Made by a program: the position numbers and the translations under genes. A stretch of 64,000 bases of DNA from the NCBI GenBank assembly GCA_002633005.1, contig NMRA01000193.1, positions 512,716 through 576,715 on the forward strand, written 5' to 3'. Positions 1 through 14,074 of the stretch are shown one piece after another. Source of the DNA: Phoronis australis (lineage: Eukaryota; Animalia; Phoronida). Numbering within the stretch: position 1 is the first letter of the stretch; the number at the start of each line of letters is the position of its first letter. The notes under the pieces were generated by a model. The model had not been told where the DNA came from, ran no database searches, and worked only from the letters and a program-made list of their open reading frames with translations.

Positions 1-337
1 AAAAATAAAAGAATTCACGATTTTTGAAATACGCGCAAAGGAAAAACTCTGTGGTTACGACAGAGTTTCTAATCTCCCTCTCACTTATAATAAATGCGCG
101 CGTGAGTTCAGAATCAGTTGCTTTAAGTCGCTTGAGGTCAAAAGTCACGAAAATGACGAAGTGGCGAGCAGTTGACAGGTGTTTTTTTTGAAATTTGAAA
201 CTGAAAGAAATTGATTTGAGATCAAGATAAACTGAATTCTGTTTCAAAGGCAGAAAACCATATTGAAAATTGCAATTTAGTCTGCTTATCACGTTCCAGG
301 CCTCTTTAAACAACGTGATTGAAATACATTGAAATAC

Positions 338-2965
338 CTGTCCTTTTAAGCCAATGAACAGAAGGTTGTATTGGCGAGAAGAACCTTCGCTTCTCCAATG
401 TGTGGCAAGCATTTGCTTCAAAAACAAAAGTTCCTGCTCATCCCGGACAGACGTCAACACTGCTCCTTCGTTAGTACACATCTCCATGGCGTTATTCCAC
501 GTGAACCCCTTCTTGGAATTTGCAGTTTTAAATGTGTAACAGTTTCCCTGGTAATAGAAATAATTTCCCTGGCATTCAGAAACATTTTGTAGAAGCGGTC
601 GTGGAATTTCGACAACACTGAACTCAAGAGTGAACCAAAAGCTTGGTTGAACTGTTACAGTGACGTAATCAGTGTTTATGCTATAGTAAACATATACATT
701 TCCATGCCGTTGCACGCTTGGCGCTTGTGCCTTTACAAACGAACCTGCATCGCAACGGTGTTTGAAGAGTCGCTCCATTACATTCAATACTTTCTTGTTA
801 TCGGCGTCATTTTCTGTTGTGAAACGAATTCGATAACGGGAAAAGCCCCCGTCTTTATCGTTGCAGTTTTCCTTCCTTCGAGAAAGTATTAACGTACACG
901 TGGTGTCTCCAATAGGGCCGTAGCTAAGTAAATTACCGGAATATTTAGTTGATGGCAACCTCCAATAACGCCCACATGGTGCAGAAGTGGTCGACTGAGT
1001 ATTTCGACATGAAATGTCAGCACACTGCTTGCTTTCTGCTTTCGTAACGTTGTGAACGGATATTGTGATGCGGGTCACTTGCACGGAACCGGGACAGATG
1101 GACAGGATAGCTGAAAGCGCTTGAACCTCCGTAAATGTGCATGTTGGCAAATATGGTTTTTCTTGAAGATAGTATTGAAGGCAGCCGACTTTGCGTTGGC
1201 ATTTGTAACCCGTCGACAGTGGTGAAGGGTTTACTTGCATTCGAGTATTGTTACTAAATTTGTGGGACAGGGGAAAGGCTTTGACACCGTAACCATGTAC
1301 TGCGTTATGTGGAATGTCCATCAAAATAACGCACGACCTCCCGTCGATATTCACTGGAGTTGATGAACTTGAATAAACAGCAGCGCAATCTGTCTCGCTT
1401 ATAAATGCACTAATTTCATCAGCGTAATTTTTTCGATTTTTGTATAACACGACAGTCAGGTACATTTGGGTTGAATATATAATAATGGGATCTGATGGTT
1501 TACAGAACGGTCCTATCATCTTATTTGGATTATCGGGTGAAGCACCGTCGTAAACTGCGTATCCAAGTGTGCTGCAATCGTTGTCAACAGCTGGTACTTT
1601 ATTTATAAGTAACTTTACAAAGTTATTCGGGTTTGAAGCTCTAAACACCCAGACACAGTTCCCAGCGAATGATCCTTTTAAAGAAGCCAGAATCGGGACT
1701 CCAGTTACAAGATTATCCTTGCGAACGGGTCCGGTACAAAATGAGGGTAGATCATCACGGTATACAGAGCGATATTCAAAGGAAAAGTTCATCGACATAT
1801 CCAGCATCGATAATAAGACTGATATCTTTGACTGGGGAAAGCGTTGCTCCCCTCTTGAAATGCCATTTAAGTTGAACTTGTGCGTTTCCTTGCATGTCCA
1901 TTTGAATAAGCCGTCATACATCTTTAATGTGAAAATACCGTTATCCAAGTTTTGTGGTGAGATAGACGTATTCCATGACAAAATAATTTCATGTCCAATA
2001 GGGACATTGATTTCCCATATAAAGATGTTGACAAACTGACGTATAAAAGAAGGCAAACAGCTGTTCACTGCTGTTGCACAGCTGACGGAACCCACTGACT
2101 CTCTTGGAAGCTTCACTATTCCACCGATTGTTTGTGGAACGCCAGACTTAGGTACGCCTTTGTAAGAAACGTGGAATTGTGACAGCATGACACTGTCAGT
2201 TGTTTCAAACACTATCACTCCTTTATGAGATGAAGAGTACAAAACTTCGGTAATCCTTGCACCACAGAATTTTCCTAACAAGTTTGTTTTGTTGCCAATC
2301 CTTTCAAAAATCATCAACTTAATATATTCGCAATTATTTGAATATTCCATTTTCAAATTAGTAATTGTTATTTGTAGAGCTTCATAATTCTTCACGCTAA
2401 AATCAACACTACAATATTTATACGAACTTGCGTCTTCTGGCGGAAGTTTGACCACTTGCATATTCAGGTCGTGTTTACAGTCATCATCGTGTTTCATCTG
2501 ATGGATTCCTCTATATTCTAAGGCGAGCTGCACACTGTGCATTCCAAGATGGTGCAATGTAATTTTTACCGTAGTGGCGTTCAAAATCCACAGACGGTCT
2601 TGAAGGTCGTCCACTGTTCCACAAAGAACGTACTCATTCTTACTTGTGTACAATTTTGTCGATGTTGTTAAATAATACCCAATAACACCTGGTACAACTC
2701 GTTCAATTTTAAGATAAGGTCCCCCTGAGTTGTTACAGTGCGGTGACGACGTGATGAACATGTCAATAAAGCCTAGCTGTATCCGACCACCTTCCTTTGG
2801 CCCAAGTGACACCGTCCATGTGTTGTGGACTCCAGACAAGACGCTGTTGTATTTTTCTCCAGCTATTATTGTCCCCGACAAGTGCTTTAGTTCGTCTGAT
2901 GCACAGCGAAGAACACAGAGGAGTAGCAAAATGAATCCTGCAACCGGGACCACTGTAAACTTCAT
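338..2965 (-). CDS. Gene B coding exon 1 (paralog of gene A exon 1): signal peptide, CUB-like domains, half CTLD; the gene continues beyond the left edge
   Basis: Hand translation from the ATG at 2965 gives MKFTVVPVAGFILLLLCVLRCASD..NEYVLCGTVDDLQDRLWILNATTVKITLHHLG (gene A: EYVLCGCHEQLKERVWMIDARVLKITFRHLG). It ends CQGNYFYYQGNCY..TWNNAMEMCTNEGAVLTSVRDEQELLFLKQMLATHW..LFIGLKGQ|gtattt. The phase-0 donor at 338 is at the same position as in gene A, and the exon is 876 codons. An acceptor ttacag lies at 2995-3000. Confidence 0.88.
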
Positions 2966-3020
2966 TTTGAACCGGCTGCTCAATGCAAATTCGCCTGTAA
3001 AGTATGTTCCACAATTTCTA

Positions 3021-3913
3021 CAAGGTGGTACAAAGAGTGTCATATTTTACACTTCATCATGTTTTCAAACGGTGTAGACAGCAGGTCTGTGAGATGTTCT
3101 TGGAACCAAAATGGATAAAAATGGGATGAACAATAAGAAACAACGGATAAAAATCGTCGAAATTGACCTTTCCATAAACGGATGCTTTTGACGCAGAGAG
3201 TTTAGGCGAGACATTGGAAATCACAATGTATATGGCAGGTGGACAACTGGGCGTTTGATGGACCAGTCTCTTGAGATTGAAAATATAGCAAATAACAACC
3301 ATGGTCACATTGACAGCCAAAACGCTCGCCCTGGCCAAAGTTGTTGGGGAGCTATTCCTTTTCCCATCAAACAAGCGTGGGACGCTTTTCATTCCTCTGA
3401 CCGTGATCCTCACCAAATGCTAGTTGTTTTGCCGTATTGCGATTTTCTGCATTTTGTTGAACGGAGGACCCATCTGGAAAATGCTCGTAATTGATGACCT
3501 TGATATACCAAGTTCGCGAGACGCAATTTGAGATCTCGAGGACACCACAAGCCGTTCCCGCAAGGGAGTTCTGGCTAAAAGAGGCAGATCGCTCTGAAAG
3601 TGACCGTTATTGTTTTTTTCATCCCTTACGTTATCCTAAGTTTTGTCCACCAAAATTTCAACTGTCCCTCTATCAGGTACGCTGTTCTTGCCAAAATCTC
3701 ACCTGCATTGTCTCTGTGTCAAAAGCACGGATCAAGTTAATGGAAAAGTAGTCTTCAACAAATTTCCCGCTGCTGTTTAGTGTCCTGTCCAATCGGACTC
3801 ATTTTGGTGTCAAAGAAATTTACCCGTGTCTGCTATTTGTTACACCATCTGAAAAACATGGCAAAATGTAATTTAGGATAAACTAAACATAGGACACTTT
3901 TTAGAACACCCTG
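3021..3913. mobile_element. Decayed Tc1/mariner-type element
   Basis: TA-flanked imperfect TIRs: ta|caaggtggtacaaagagtgtcatatttta and taaacataggacactttttagaacaccctg|ta. The internal GHIDSQNAR weakly resembles a maT/rosa transposase motif. Confidence 0.6.
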
Positions 3914-3986
3914 TATGTTAAATATGTGACATATCATATCAATTTTATGCGGGTAATTGGACCTACTTTGTGAAGACGCCACTAAT

Positions 3987-5484
3987 AGCGGATTTGCAGC
4001 GCAAACGAACTACGCATTGCGCATGTGCGAGTTACTTCCTGCGCAAAGGCTCATGGGATAGCTTGTGGTCAGGCATGTCTTGAGCAGGCTGGATAGTGTA
4101 TGCATTTGGAGTGATTTGCAAACTAAAAACCATGTTTCATTTTTTTTGCTTTATAATACCAAGCAAGTCCTCTCTCTCGTTTGTAAACACAGCGTAGCTA
4201 TGATCAGTGACCGTGTGACCGAGGGCACGACTGTCGTCATGTTCAGTATTGGGGCTATCGGCGTTGATTTCGAAATCTCCTCCGGTTTCAGACAAGTTGA
4301 TAGTTATGGGGTTGCTTAACTTTTGTAGCTTTCGCCGTGGATATGCTGGAGACGTTAATTTTAAGAGGAAACTCCGTCGGAATGTTGTTCTCATACGTCT
4401 TTTTCCATCAGGAAAATGTTCGCTGCACACACGATGGCCCCTAGGCTAGGCAATTACATCGCACTGGATGCCGCAGGCATTCAGGGGCGATAGTACGTCC
4501 TCACAAAAAGTTACTCATTTCAAAATACAGCAAATAAAATCAAATGAACCATACATATAGGAACACGGAGTTATAATTAACACATACCACGACTTTGGAT
4601 ACAATTTAGTTACCAAAACATGAACAAATCGATGAAAATCTGTCGCGGTTTGCTCGAGTTTCTCTCAGTTACCGGGTGCCATTTTGAGGAAGTTACGTGA
4701 AATTACGCATGTTGACGAATAAAAAGTCCAAGGGACACACATCTTACAAGTTTACCCGATACCTTCTCATGCTATTTTACAAGTGTCGCGCGCTAGCGTC
4801 ACGCGCTTCGCTCAGTCTCGCGCTAACCTTTGCCTAACTCACGTGATTCAGTTGACATGCTTTGTGGTTATCGCGCACGCGGTGATAAAATTAACGGCAA
4901 CCAAAAAAGTGAAGTTGTAATTCTTCACCAAAGTCAACTTAATTCTCACAACTAAGCTTCATCAAAGATATGTGTAGAAGTAGAAAGGACCAATGATGAA
5001 AGTAAGTGTTTTTTAAAGTTTTAATTGTAGATTGTATTTTTGACGAGGTGAAAACTCGAAATCGGTATCCCAAATCCGGTCACGGCCAGTTTAAAATACA
5101 CTGAAGTAACGAAATGAATACAGAAAGCGAATGGAAGTATTGTAGCCCCTATATGGCCAACCGAGGGGCTACGTGTTGCCTACTAGATGGCCCCGCGTTG
5201 GTTTGAATGCGCTAAATCTCCCCTTACTCCCAGCTCTCCTAATGTTGTTTATCCATTTTTCACGAAGTTCTTGGTTTGCAGGGAACACATAAAAACTCAG
5301 ATTTTTATCTCTCTTGTTGTTTTTGAAGCAGCCAGGAACACAACAAGTGTATCCGCCGTAAGTTTTCTTCGCGCTCATACCGCGTATTATGCTTGATACT
5401 ATGGCCGCTTTCGGAATCCTGACCACAGCACCCACAATGCACCATTTTAACCTAATTTCAATATGGCGTCGCTGCAAATCCGCT
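3987..5484 (-). mobile_element. THAP-domain DNA transposon remnant (ISL2EU/PHIS-like) with AT TSD
   Basis: Perfect TIRs AT|AGCGGATTTGCAGCG..CGCTGCAAATCCGCT|AT. The THAP zinc finger GGYTCCVPGC..FYVFP..REKWINNI..KPTRGH resumes as RVCSEHFPDG after a nested insertion. Confidence 0.8.
4442..5185. mobile_element. 744-bp non-autonomous element with 9-bp TSD nested in the THAP ORF
   Basis: GATGGCCCC is duplicated at 4433-4441 and 5186-5194. Termini are TAGGCTAGGCAA..TTGCCTACTA. Removing the element restores the THAP sequence. Confidence 0.8.
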
Positions 5485-7915
5485 ATTCCCAATGATAAAT
5501 GGACTCACATGACGGTAGAATGCCCCATTATAGAATAACTATAAAGTTTTAAACATTTTACCAAGTAAACACGTTCTCACGGAGTCATGCTGTCCTCTAC
5601 TCTTGTGAATTATCATGGAATTGCGCTGCACATTAAGAAATGAGTATAAATAGTTTGGCTTATTGACGCACTTGCAATAATCTCCATTTAGACATGCAAC
5701 TCATTAGAGACTAATGTACGAAGATTCTAACAACTGCAGTAAAAGTATAGACTTCCGGATCTTTGCGCTCGTTGGTCACTTTAAAAGCTTGCGTTATTCA
5801 CACTACGTCAGAAAGTAGTCATTTTCCGGTCACACAAATTTCATACCGATCGTGCACATGCTTTTTGTTAAAGAACTAGACCGTACTTCCAACATCGAAT
5901 CACTTTCGCTCCTTCCTCAATCGTTGCTTATGTCTTTATCGCATTGTTATTTTTCAATTATCAAGCTGTATATCCCCATTTCCTACACTTACGCACGTGG
6001 GATTATGGAGTTTGCAAGTTCCCTAAGTGCAAACACATTTTTTTGCTGAATGAATCGTCAGCCCTTCTTGTTGTTGAATGAGACACTGCTTGGTGTGTGA
6101 AATTTCTCAAAAGGCAATAAGTCTGTACAAGCTTAGGACTTTTCCTAATTTGAAAAGCAAACAGTCAAAATGCATTTTCAACAATGATGATTAGTAATGT
6201 TTTAAAATCTACTTTACATTTTATATTTGGTATAGTCTCGTTTACTTACTAGTTGTTTGTATTCATATTTAACGCGAGACAGTTTTCCTAAATGCCACCA
6301 GGCGTCAAATACAACATGATTATCACTTTCATTGTTATCTGTATTGATTACCAACTTTGAAAAAAAGTGATGATTTTAGGATTTTGTTTTATATCTCTTA
6401 TCAAATGTGTTGAAAAGTTAACATCCTATACCCAGCATAGGTGATGATTTCGGGCTGAAGAGCAAACGGTGTTCTTTGATAAAAAAGAAATACATGCTTC
6501 ATTATACACTAATTTTAATTTTGAATCACTTGCAAAAGACCATTATAGCTTAAATATTGAAGTTTGATTCTTAACTGGTATCTTAGCCACAACAAACTGT
6601 TTTTAAACTGCGTGTTTAAATTTCAATATTAAAATATTAAAAATTTAGACGCGCACAAAATCTGTTGTTCTGTCATACGCTTTTTCTTCCCTTCATTAGT
6701 GTTGCAGTACTGATTTATCATATTTTGAAAGATTTTGGAAGACTTACGTTGTGTTCTATTTCTCGTGTGCGCCAAAGGCGAGCTTCCGTATTTTGTTCAC
6801 TGAAAAATCGAAGATCCAGGATTAAATTGTATTATGCATTTTTGTATCGGGCAGCTGTTACAAGGTGTGCCTATACAAGAACGTATGTCCTTCCGAGTGT
6901 ACAAGAGGACTTTGAGAAAGATTGAATCCGCACAAGCTATTGTAATGTTAATAGCACTTGCATAACGAAAAATTTCCGTCAATATACACGTTTGAAAAAT
7001 CTATGTAGAAAGTTTCAGATGAAATTTTGAATGGGAAACCCATCTTGGGACATTCGTATATGAGGTTTCTCGCGGAGTTATTCGCAATTATGCAATTAAC
7101 GTTATCCGAAATAAAAAATTCGCCACGAATTTCCAGATCCACATGATGATGGATGTTTCGTGCTTCAATTTTCTGCTGCAGCTGTCAAAAACGACGAGAA
7201 TGGAATGATTCTTCTACCTTTTTATTTTACCAGCGTAAATAGTTTCAGTGACGCAGTGGTGGCGTAACTCCCCGTACACGCAGCCCACCGCCTTTTTCCT
7301 TTTCGGTTAGAATACACTCACCGTAACTTAGTCTTTATAAGTTCCGAATGTACGCCCTGGACTTATCTGCAGAAACTCCGGTACTTGACTTGAATCAAAA
7401 GCATACCCTTACATTGATAATACAAAGTACGATCTCCAGGAAAATACACCTATGCGCCAAACGGACTTTGCTTCAAAGAAAAAGTGCATCCTAAATCTCG
7501 ATATTGTACATTTTTAAATTAGGAGGCATGCGCACATGATGGGACTGACGTAATGAGTAAAGTGCTGAGAAACGAGGTTTTCGGAGCATTTTATGGTGTA
7601 ATAATATCCTGCACTGAGGTTTCCGTATCCTGGTTCAAAGAATGAATGTTTCATGTACATGCATTAGTCTAAGGATAAGTACACACACTATGCAGGTCAA
7701 ATCACAGTTAATAGATCACCGGTTCGAGTCCCGGTCGGGTAAACAATTTTTCAGACTTAACTTTAGGTCACATGATGTTACCAATGTACCGCGTGTATAA
7801 CACTAATAGATCTTATTGATGTATGACAACACGTTGGTTCATAACAACACAATTACATTAGTCTATACAGTCGGAAAAGTGTTAGTGGAATCGCTTATTT
7901 AAACGTTTGTAAATG

Positions 7916-8125
7916 CAGTGCTGTAGTGGGGCTTAGGCGCACGTAGGCGCAGCCAACCACCTTTTGGCATTTAAAAGTAGCGCCTACGCACCGTAAGTTA
8001 CGTTATACTGGGGCGTAGGCGCAGCCAACCATCTTTTTACATCTCAACGCAACGCCTATGCACAGTAAGTGACGGTATAGTGGGGCGTAGTCTTGATACA
8101 ATAGCTTACGGTACCGATGCACTGC
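7916..8125. repeat. Short element with ~70-bp internal tandem units (ggggcgtaggcgcagccaacc); related fragment at ~7254-7330
   Basis: There are two to three visible units, bounded by gcagtg..cactgc. Confidence 0.5.
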
Positions 8126-10787
8126 TGCGCTGACGACAGCATTATTGCCGAATTTACCGGCGCTCGTGCCCATAACGATTATGGTGTCAAACTATAGACG
8201 GATTACAGAGGACCGAAACGCCCCGAGGACACACTCCACGAGCGACTAAAAATGCCGCCAGCAAATCGTTTCTGGGCATTACGCGCCTATTTACCTTTAA
8301 AATTGTGTTTGGGTCACCTTCAGAGAACGCTTGGAATGAACGCAGAGCTTTGTCTTCATATATGTGTGGTTGAACCCCTTCCTGAGACATTCCAAATTCG
8401 CCACATGACTTCAGACTCGAAGTAAATACCCACTCGTGAGTCAAAATATAGGCCTACATGTTTATGAATCTGAGTTTGCGAATTGAATGCCCTTTTAAAA
8501 TTCAGTGCTCAAGGTGATACGGTGGGCATTGAGCGTCTACTTACCTCTAATTTTACCATTACAGTACTGTGTAAATGTCAATGAAGTAACATCTGTTCGT
8601 TGAGAACCGCAATTTGTAGAGCATCAGTATGTATTTGTAGTCTCTAGTTAAATTTGAAGTGTTACATTATTAAGAACACTTTAGGAGGCTCAAAAATTTG
8701 GAATTCCAAACTGGGATAAAATGTCGTAATTTCCGTTGTTGTAGAAGAACCGTGCATTCTTGTATCCCGCTTGATTTTCTTTAACACGCTAAAAGTTAAG
8801 CTCATTTGAGATCCAGCCCAGTCATACAATCACGGCAAATCATGGGCATGAAGTCGTCTATTATTTCAGAGCTTTTAAGTACTTTTGACTGACAATCAAA
8901 AAAGTACCAACCACTTACCAAATTCTGTAACACATCCATCAGTTCAGGTTGTCATTGTGCACTCTGACTAATTCGCGTTTGAATTCTATGTTGACACGCT
9001 GGCCACAAGGGGACTTATCTGTCTCTAAATATTTAGCAATACTCTCGATTGGGAGTAATTACTTAACAACAAGTTATTTAAATATAAAACATTTGTAAGT
9101 AATAATATAGCAATCAATTAACTAATTCAGTAAGTGCACATATATTTTTCTTTTTCCTAACGATGTAATAAGTGGCTTTCTACCATTAGCCGTAATAGCC
9201 TCACCACTCCCTTTCTTGTTTTTAAAGTGAATAACAAAAATATGGAAACCATACGCGTCTAGACTCGTGTTCCAGAACTTTATCAACAGATCATTTTTCA
9301 ATTTTTTTGTGCACCACTTCTGCCACAGTTGTTATGAAAATATCTTGAGCTGTAGTGCAGTGTTGTTTTTGAATCACATCACTGTTCACTTGGAAAAATC
9401 AGATAAAAATTATAATAACAGATATCAGATGAAATGTTACATCGGTTAAGTGGAAGGTTAAGACAACGGTCGATAAGAGAGTACGGTCACTTCTAACGGG
9501 AAGAGTGGTAGAACAAATTTTTTATTCCTTCTCAAAATGCACACTTAGATAACCAACGTTCACTGAACAGATTTGCATTCAAGTTGTATTGAACTGTACA
9601 TCAAGTACTAAAACGTCGGTCATTAAGACGACATTTGTAAAAAATATTATATTAGCCTCTTTAAACAACAATGGCTTCCATAATTTTTATGTTGCAAGTT
9701 TGATATAAACGCCGTGTAGAGTCACATATTATAGACCTATTTTTGTTTGACTTTATCACTAATTTTCACTTTTATTCCATTCCATCATCTATACAGGGTG
9801 GGAACGATTCCATTGACACGCGTCAATTTTGGTCAAGATATTATTCGTTGGTTTACAATAGCCAACGAAAGTGTCCATAGTAATTTACATGACGTAATAG
9901 ATATGTGAAATCACCAGAAACCTATGCCTCTAACAAATTTAGAACCTGTGTAATGATGGTAATACAGTGGCGATCAGTTCCGTATCCCGGCGATATTTCG
10001 ACATTTTTAATCCAAGATGAAAGCTCATCGGACACCAAGGAAAACCCTAAACGTGTTTGCTTGCAACTAAGTTGACCCTTAAACAAGTATACCTAGCAGT
10101 GTTTGGATAACGTAATATCCACCGGTCGACAAAATGTAATCTGGACCCAGTGAGGCTGATGACTGTTTTTCGCATTCGGATTATTTTGATGTTTGTATCC
10201 TATACAGTCAATATTGTGATCCGGAGTAAAATTCGTGTCGCAGCAAAGAATTACGAAATCTGAATTACAATCCGTAACCATTTGAAGCATAAATATAAGC
10301 TAGTGTGACCACGATTCGATTTTCAATAATGTCTGTATAAGTACTATAGGTTTCTTTTGTGATTATTATGGATTTTATCAACTTCATATTCAAAATTATT
10401 TATAAAGGTAAATACATGTAAAAAGGGCGAACGTTGATGCCTCATCAACTTTGGACTTCATCTAGATCCGATTCATCAGTCGACGGATGTGAAAGCACTT
10501 CTTTTCAACCATGAATTAGTATTTAAAAGAACGAAAATGTTTTACAATCATTTATTTTAGTGACCTGTAGTAATTACTACCCACCCACAACTTGGGCTTA
10601 TAAGTCACCATTTATTTCCAAAGAGAACGACGTGCAGCTCGTGACAAAAAAACTTTCGTCAAATGACAAGCGGGAAAAGCTCATTCATTTATTTTTAGTG
10701 GCCAATTATAGCCGGATTCGAGTATTATTCAGAGTGTCACACAAAAACCTGTGTTTACAAGTTGAGAATTGATCAGGACAGGATCAA

Positions 10788-11034
10788 AAATAATGTGGAC
10801 TAATATGAAACAATGTGGATTATAGTTGTGAAATCATGTGGACCAATACAAAATGATGGGGACTAATATGAAATGATGTGGACTATTGCGAAAGGTTGTG
10901 AACTAATAGGAAATGATGTGGACTAATGTGAAATTGTGTGGATTATTGTGAAGTGATGTGGACCAATGGGAAGTTAAATGGACTAACGTGAAATAACGTG
11001 GACTAATGCGAAATGATGTGGACTAGTATGAAAT
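10788..11034. repeat. Minisatellite, about 12 x 20 bp (consensus AAATGATGTGGACTAATGTG)
   Basis: The degenerate units are directly countable and have no spacers. Confidence 0.9.
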
Positions 11035-11869
11035 CCAGTGACCTAAATGATACGTTTGTTGTGGAAAACGAAAGGTAAGCATGGTCTCCACACGTTTTCA
11101 TCAAAATATTCGACACTAGGTAAACGTAACCTGAAAATAATAAAGTAGACTAGTGTATCTAAGTAACTAATGTTGTTTTTCACATTTCCTCCAATGTCGA
11201 ATATCGCTCTTTTTGCCGAGAAATGCGAGTAAAACGGTATAGATATTGTGTGCCTATGGTGAAAATTCGTAGAACTTTGATTAGGGAGTGACACAAAAAT
11301 ATAGAGGCTTCCGCGACCACGGCACAGCACACGTCTTATTTAATATGCTAATCTGTTATGAACGGACTTTGTGACGTCTTCCAGAGTTTTTATTTGCAAA
11401 TTCCCGTTCATTATAACAACATCTGCAAAACATTTTATTTTACACCAAAGAATAAAATCACATCAATTTACCAGGAAATCGAATCAATATGTTCTGGTAC
11501 AAAAGCAGATACTGATGATGAGATCAGTGTACATAAAATAAAAGCAAATTAATAGATAAAATATAAACCTACAAACAGAAAACGGCCCAATAGACATTAA
11601 ATACAAACTTACAGGTAAGCCAACATCGTTACCAGCAGAACAGAATGAAAATACCACGATCGATGACGTTTCCGCTAATGCACTTAACGAGACTACAAAC
11701 GAGCTACAAACTATAGGCGACTGAAACTTGCGTTTAACACAAAGCATTATTCTTCACAAGTATTTCACGTTATAAATACAAGTAACTGTAGTATTACATT
11801 GCAAAGCAGGCGTCATACGCTAATTTCTCACATGACCTGGAATGTATTACTACGCGACAAGTTAATAAC

Positions 11870-12725
11870 ACCGATTATACCACAATATTAGCGTCAAATG
11901 GCAGATACAACCGTGTAATAACCCATAAAGTTATCTCACTAGTGAGATAACGATTTGGCGGGAAACCGAGGACGGAGTCGAACCAGGGACCCTGGAATTG
12001 CTGGTCGCCGACTTTACCATTACACTATGCAGCGACTGACGTCATCAAGAGTGAAAATAGAATAATCGCACGTTCAACAAACCGCATTGTACTGTACTTA
12101 TACGCTACGAAAAATAAGACACATAATTTCCATAAAAATGATATCTTAATTTAGTGAAAATTTTCTCTCATGTCCTCTTACGTGTAAATCAACGATCTCC
12201 AGTTTGAATGCGGGTATCGTCTCGTCAGGATCTTTGCCTTGAGAATTATATTCAGTTACCAGTGGTAACCTACTTTAGCAGACGATAACTTCCCGGTCGA
12301 AGCTTAGCGTGAAAAAACGTGTTTTAAGCTATAATAGTTGGTAAACCTTAATTTATAAATTCAATTTATTTCTATTATATTTAAGTTTTCAATTGGTTTT
12401 GAGTAAAAGCATTGTTTTACAAAAATATCTCGGCTTTTCTTAAAAGGTCACGACCTCCGACCCCGGGCCTCTGACATAGAAAGTAGTTACAAAGCCGAGG
12501 CGAATCGAGAAAGGTAGATCGATTCATTGCAATGTTTCTCGTTCAGTATGTGGTATAAATAGATTATTACATGTTCTCAGTCGTTATTCCCCTTATCTAG
12601 AGCCCTCGTGGATTTTGTAGAATTATCACCCTCGGTGCTAACGCCCCTCGGGCGATAATTCTCCAAAATCCACTCGGGCTCTAGATAACGGGGGATAACG
12701 ACTTTATCATGTAATAATCTATATA
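11870..12725 (-). mobile_element. Non-autonomous element with internal tRNA-like cassette and ~160-bp terminal hairpin (copy 1)
   Basis: It is the inverted homolog of 52605-54490. It has a hairpin at 12560-12722, the palindrome gttatctcactagtgagataac at ~11928-11950, and A/B boxes at 11964-12036 (minus). Confidence 0.75.
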
Positions 12726-14074
12726 TATTACATGGGCGAATCACATAGTAGTGCAAAGTAGAAATCCATACGCCTTACGTTTCATCGTCTGCAAAACAAC
12801 GAAACGCGCGGCAACCAAACAATGCCGGAATTCTGTAAAGGTGACAAGGTTATGATTGATAAATCGGTTGTCGCAACTGTACGTATTCCAGGACCGAAAG
12901 ACATGCAAACAACGTTTTGCCCATGTCATAAACCCGAGACTCGTGTAGGATTCTCTATATCTCTTCCATGCTTTCTTTGTAGCAGACAAAGGTCGATGGA
13001 GCTTTGCACACACCAGGGAGATCAAAATGGTCTTCATATCATTTTCCTTACTTGCAGTTTAGAGTGGACGAGTAACATGACTGTTGCGGTAACGAATAAT
13101 GTAATTTGGAATTGACCGTCGTTTATAATTAGACAACCTACATAATTTGCAGCTGTTCAAGGAAGACAGCAGTGAAAATCGATAATCATCGAACAATTTT
13201 CGCTTGTTTTCACCATGGTGTTAATTACACCACTTAATACTTATAGTGTACGAATCTATTCAAGCAAGTCCTAGGAACTCGACCCCTTTAGTACAAATAA
13301 ATTTGTGCAATTTATTTAAAGTAGCTTGTTAAATACGAAAATCGAATAAGACGTAGTACTCTCATAAACTCGGTCTCATGATATTCCTTACCGAGGTATG
13401 AATCTATTACCGTTACAAACAAGAACATCAATACCACCAACGACTCAAGAAAACGCTTTACTGTTGATTGCATTGGAAAAGGGCGCATGTTTGGCGCATT
13501 GCATGCGACTTGATTCGGAAACGGGAATGTAAACCTATGAGCTAGAGTAAATACTATAAAAACCGATTTTCGTTTTTTATTCAGATGAACTGGACAAAAT
13601 GTTGCTTTAAAAAGTATTTTGATTCGCACTAACACCAAATTAGTCTTTATATCCAATTAACGGAAGTATCCTCAGAGCTTCAAACGTGCTGACCTTTCAA
13701 AAACGTGACTTAAAATTGACGTCCATAATCTGCACAACCCAAGTAAACAACCATCTCTGAAAGTTACATTAGGTCGAACCTTAGCGGAGAAAATTATATA
13801 TTTATTATATTTTTGTTTAAATTAATTTTGTTTATTATTTATCTCGAGCAACGGAAGTAAAACGCCATTAGTTAAAGCTTAATGGTTACTTGCCATTGCT
13901 TTTGATGCCTATATTTCATGTGGAAATAACTCTACCAGATATCAGTATGATAAGTCACGTCAGTGTTGGCTTTCGAAGTACGCGGATTGGAAAATAGCAT
14001 CCAAGACATTCTGATTGGCTGATGCTGTGAAATGCATGGGAGAACTGGTCTATCTCACGTTCACGCTGCACACT

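Noticed and set aside
5142-5186. Helitron 3' end (hairpin followed by CTAG)
   Set aside because: The G belongs to a 9-bp TSD, and Helitrons make no TSD.
10788-11034. Regular short repeats resembling a CRISPR array
   Set aside because: The 20-bp units abut with no unique spacers, there are no cas genes, and the context is eukaryotic. It is a minisatellite.
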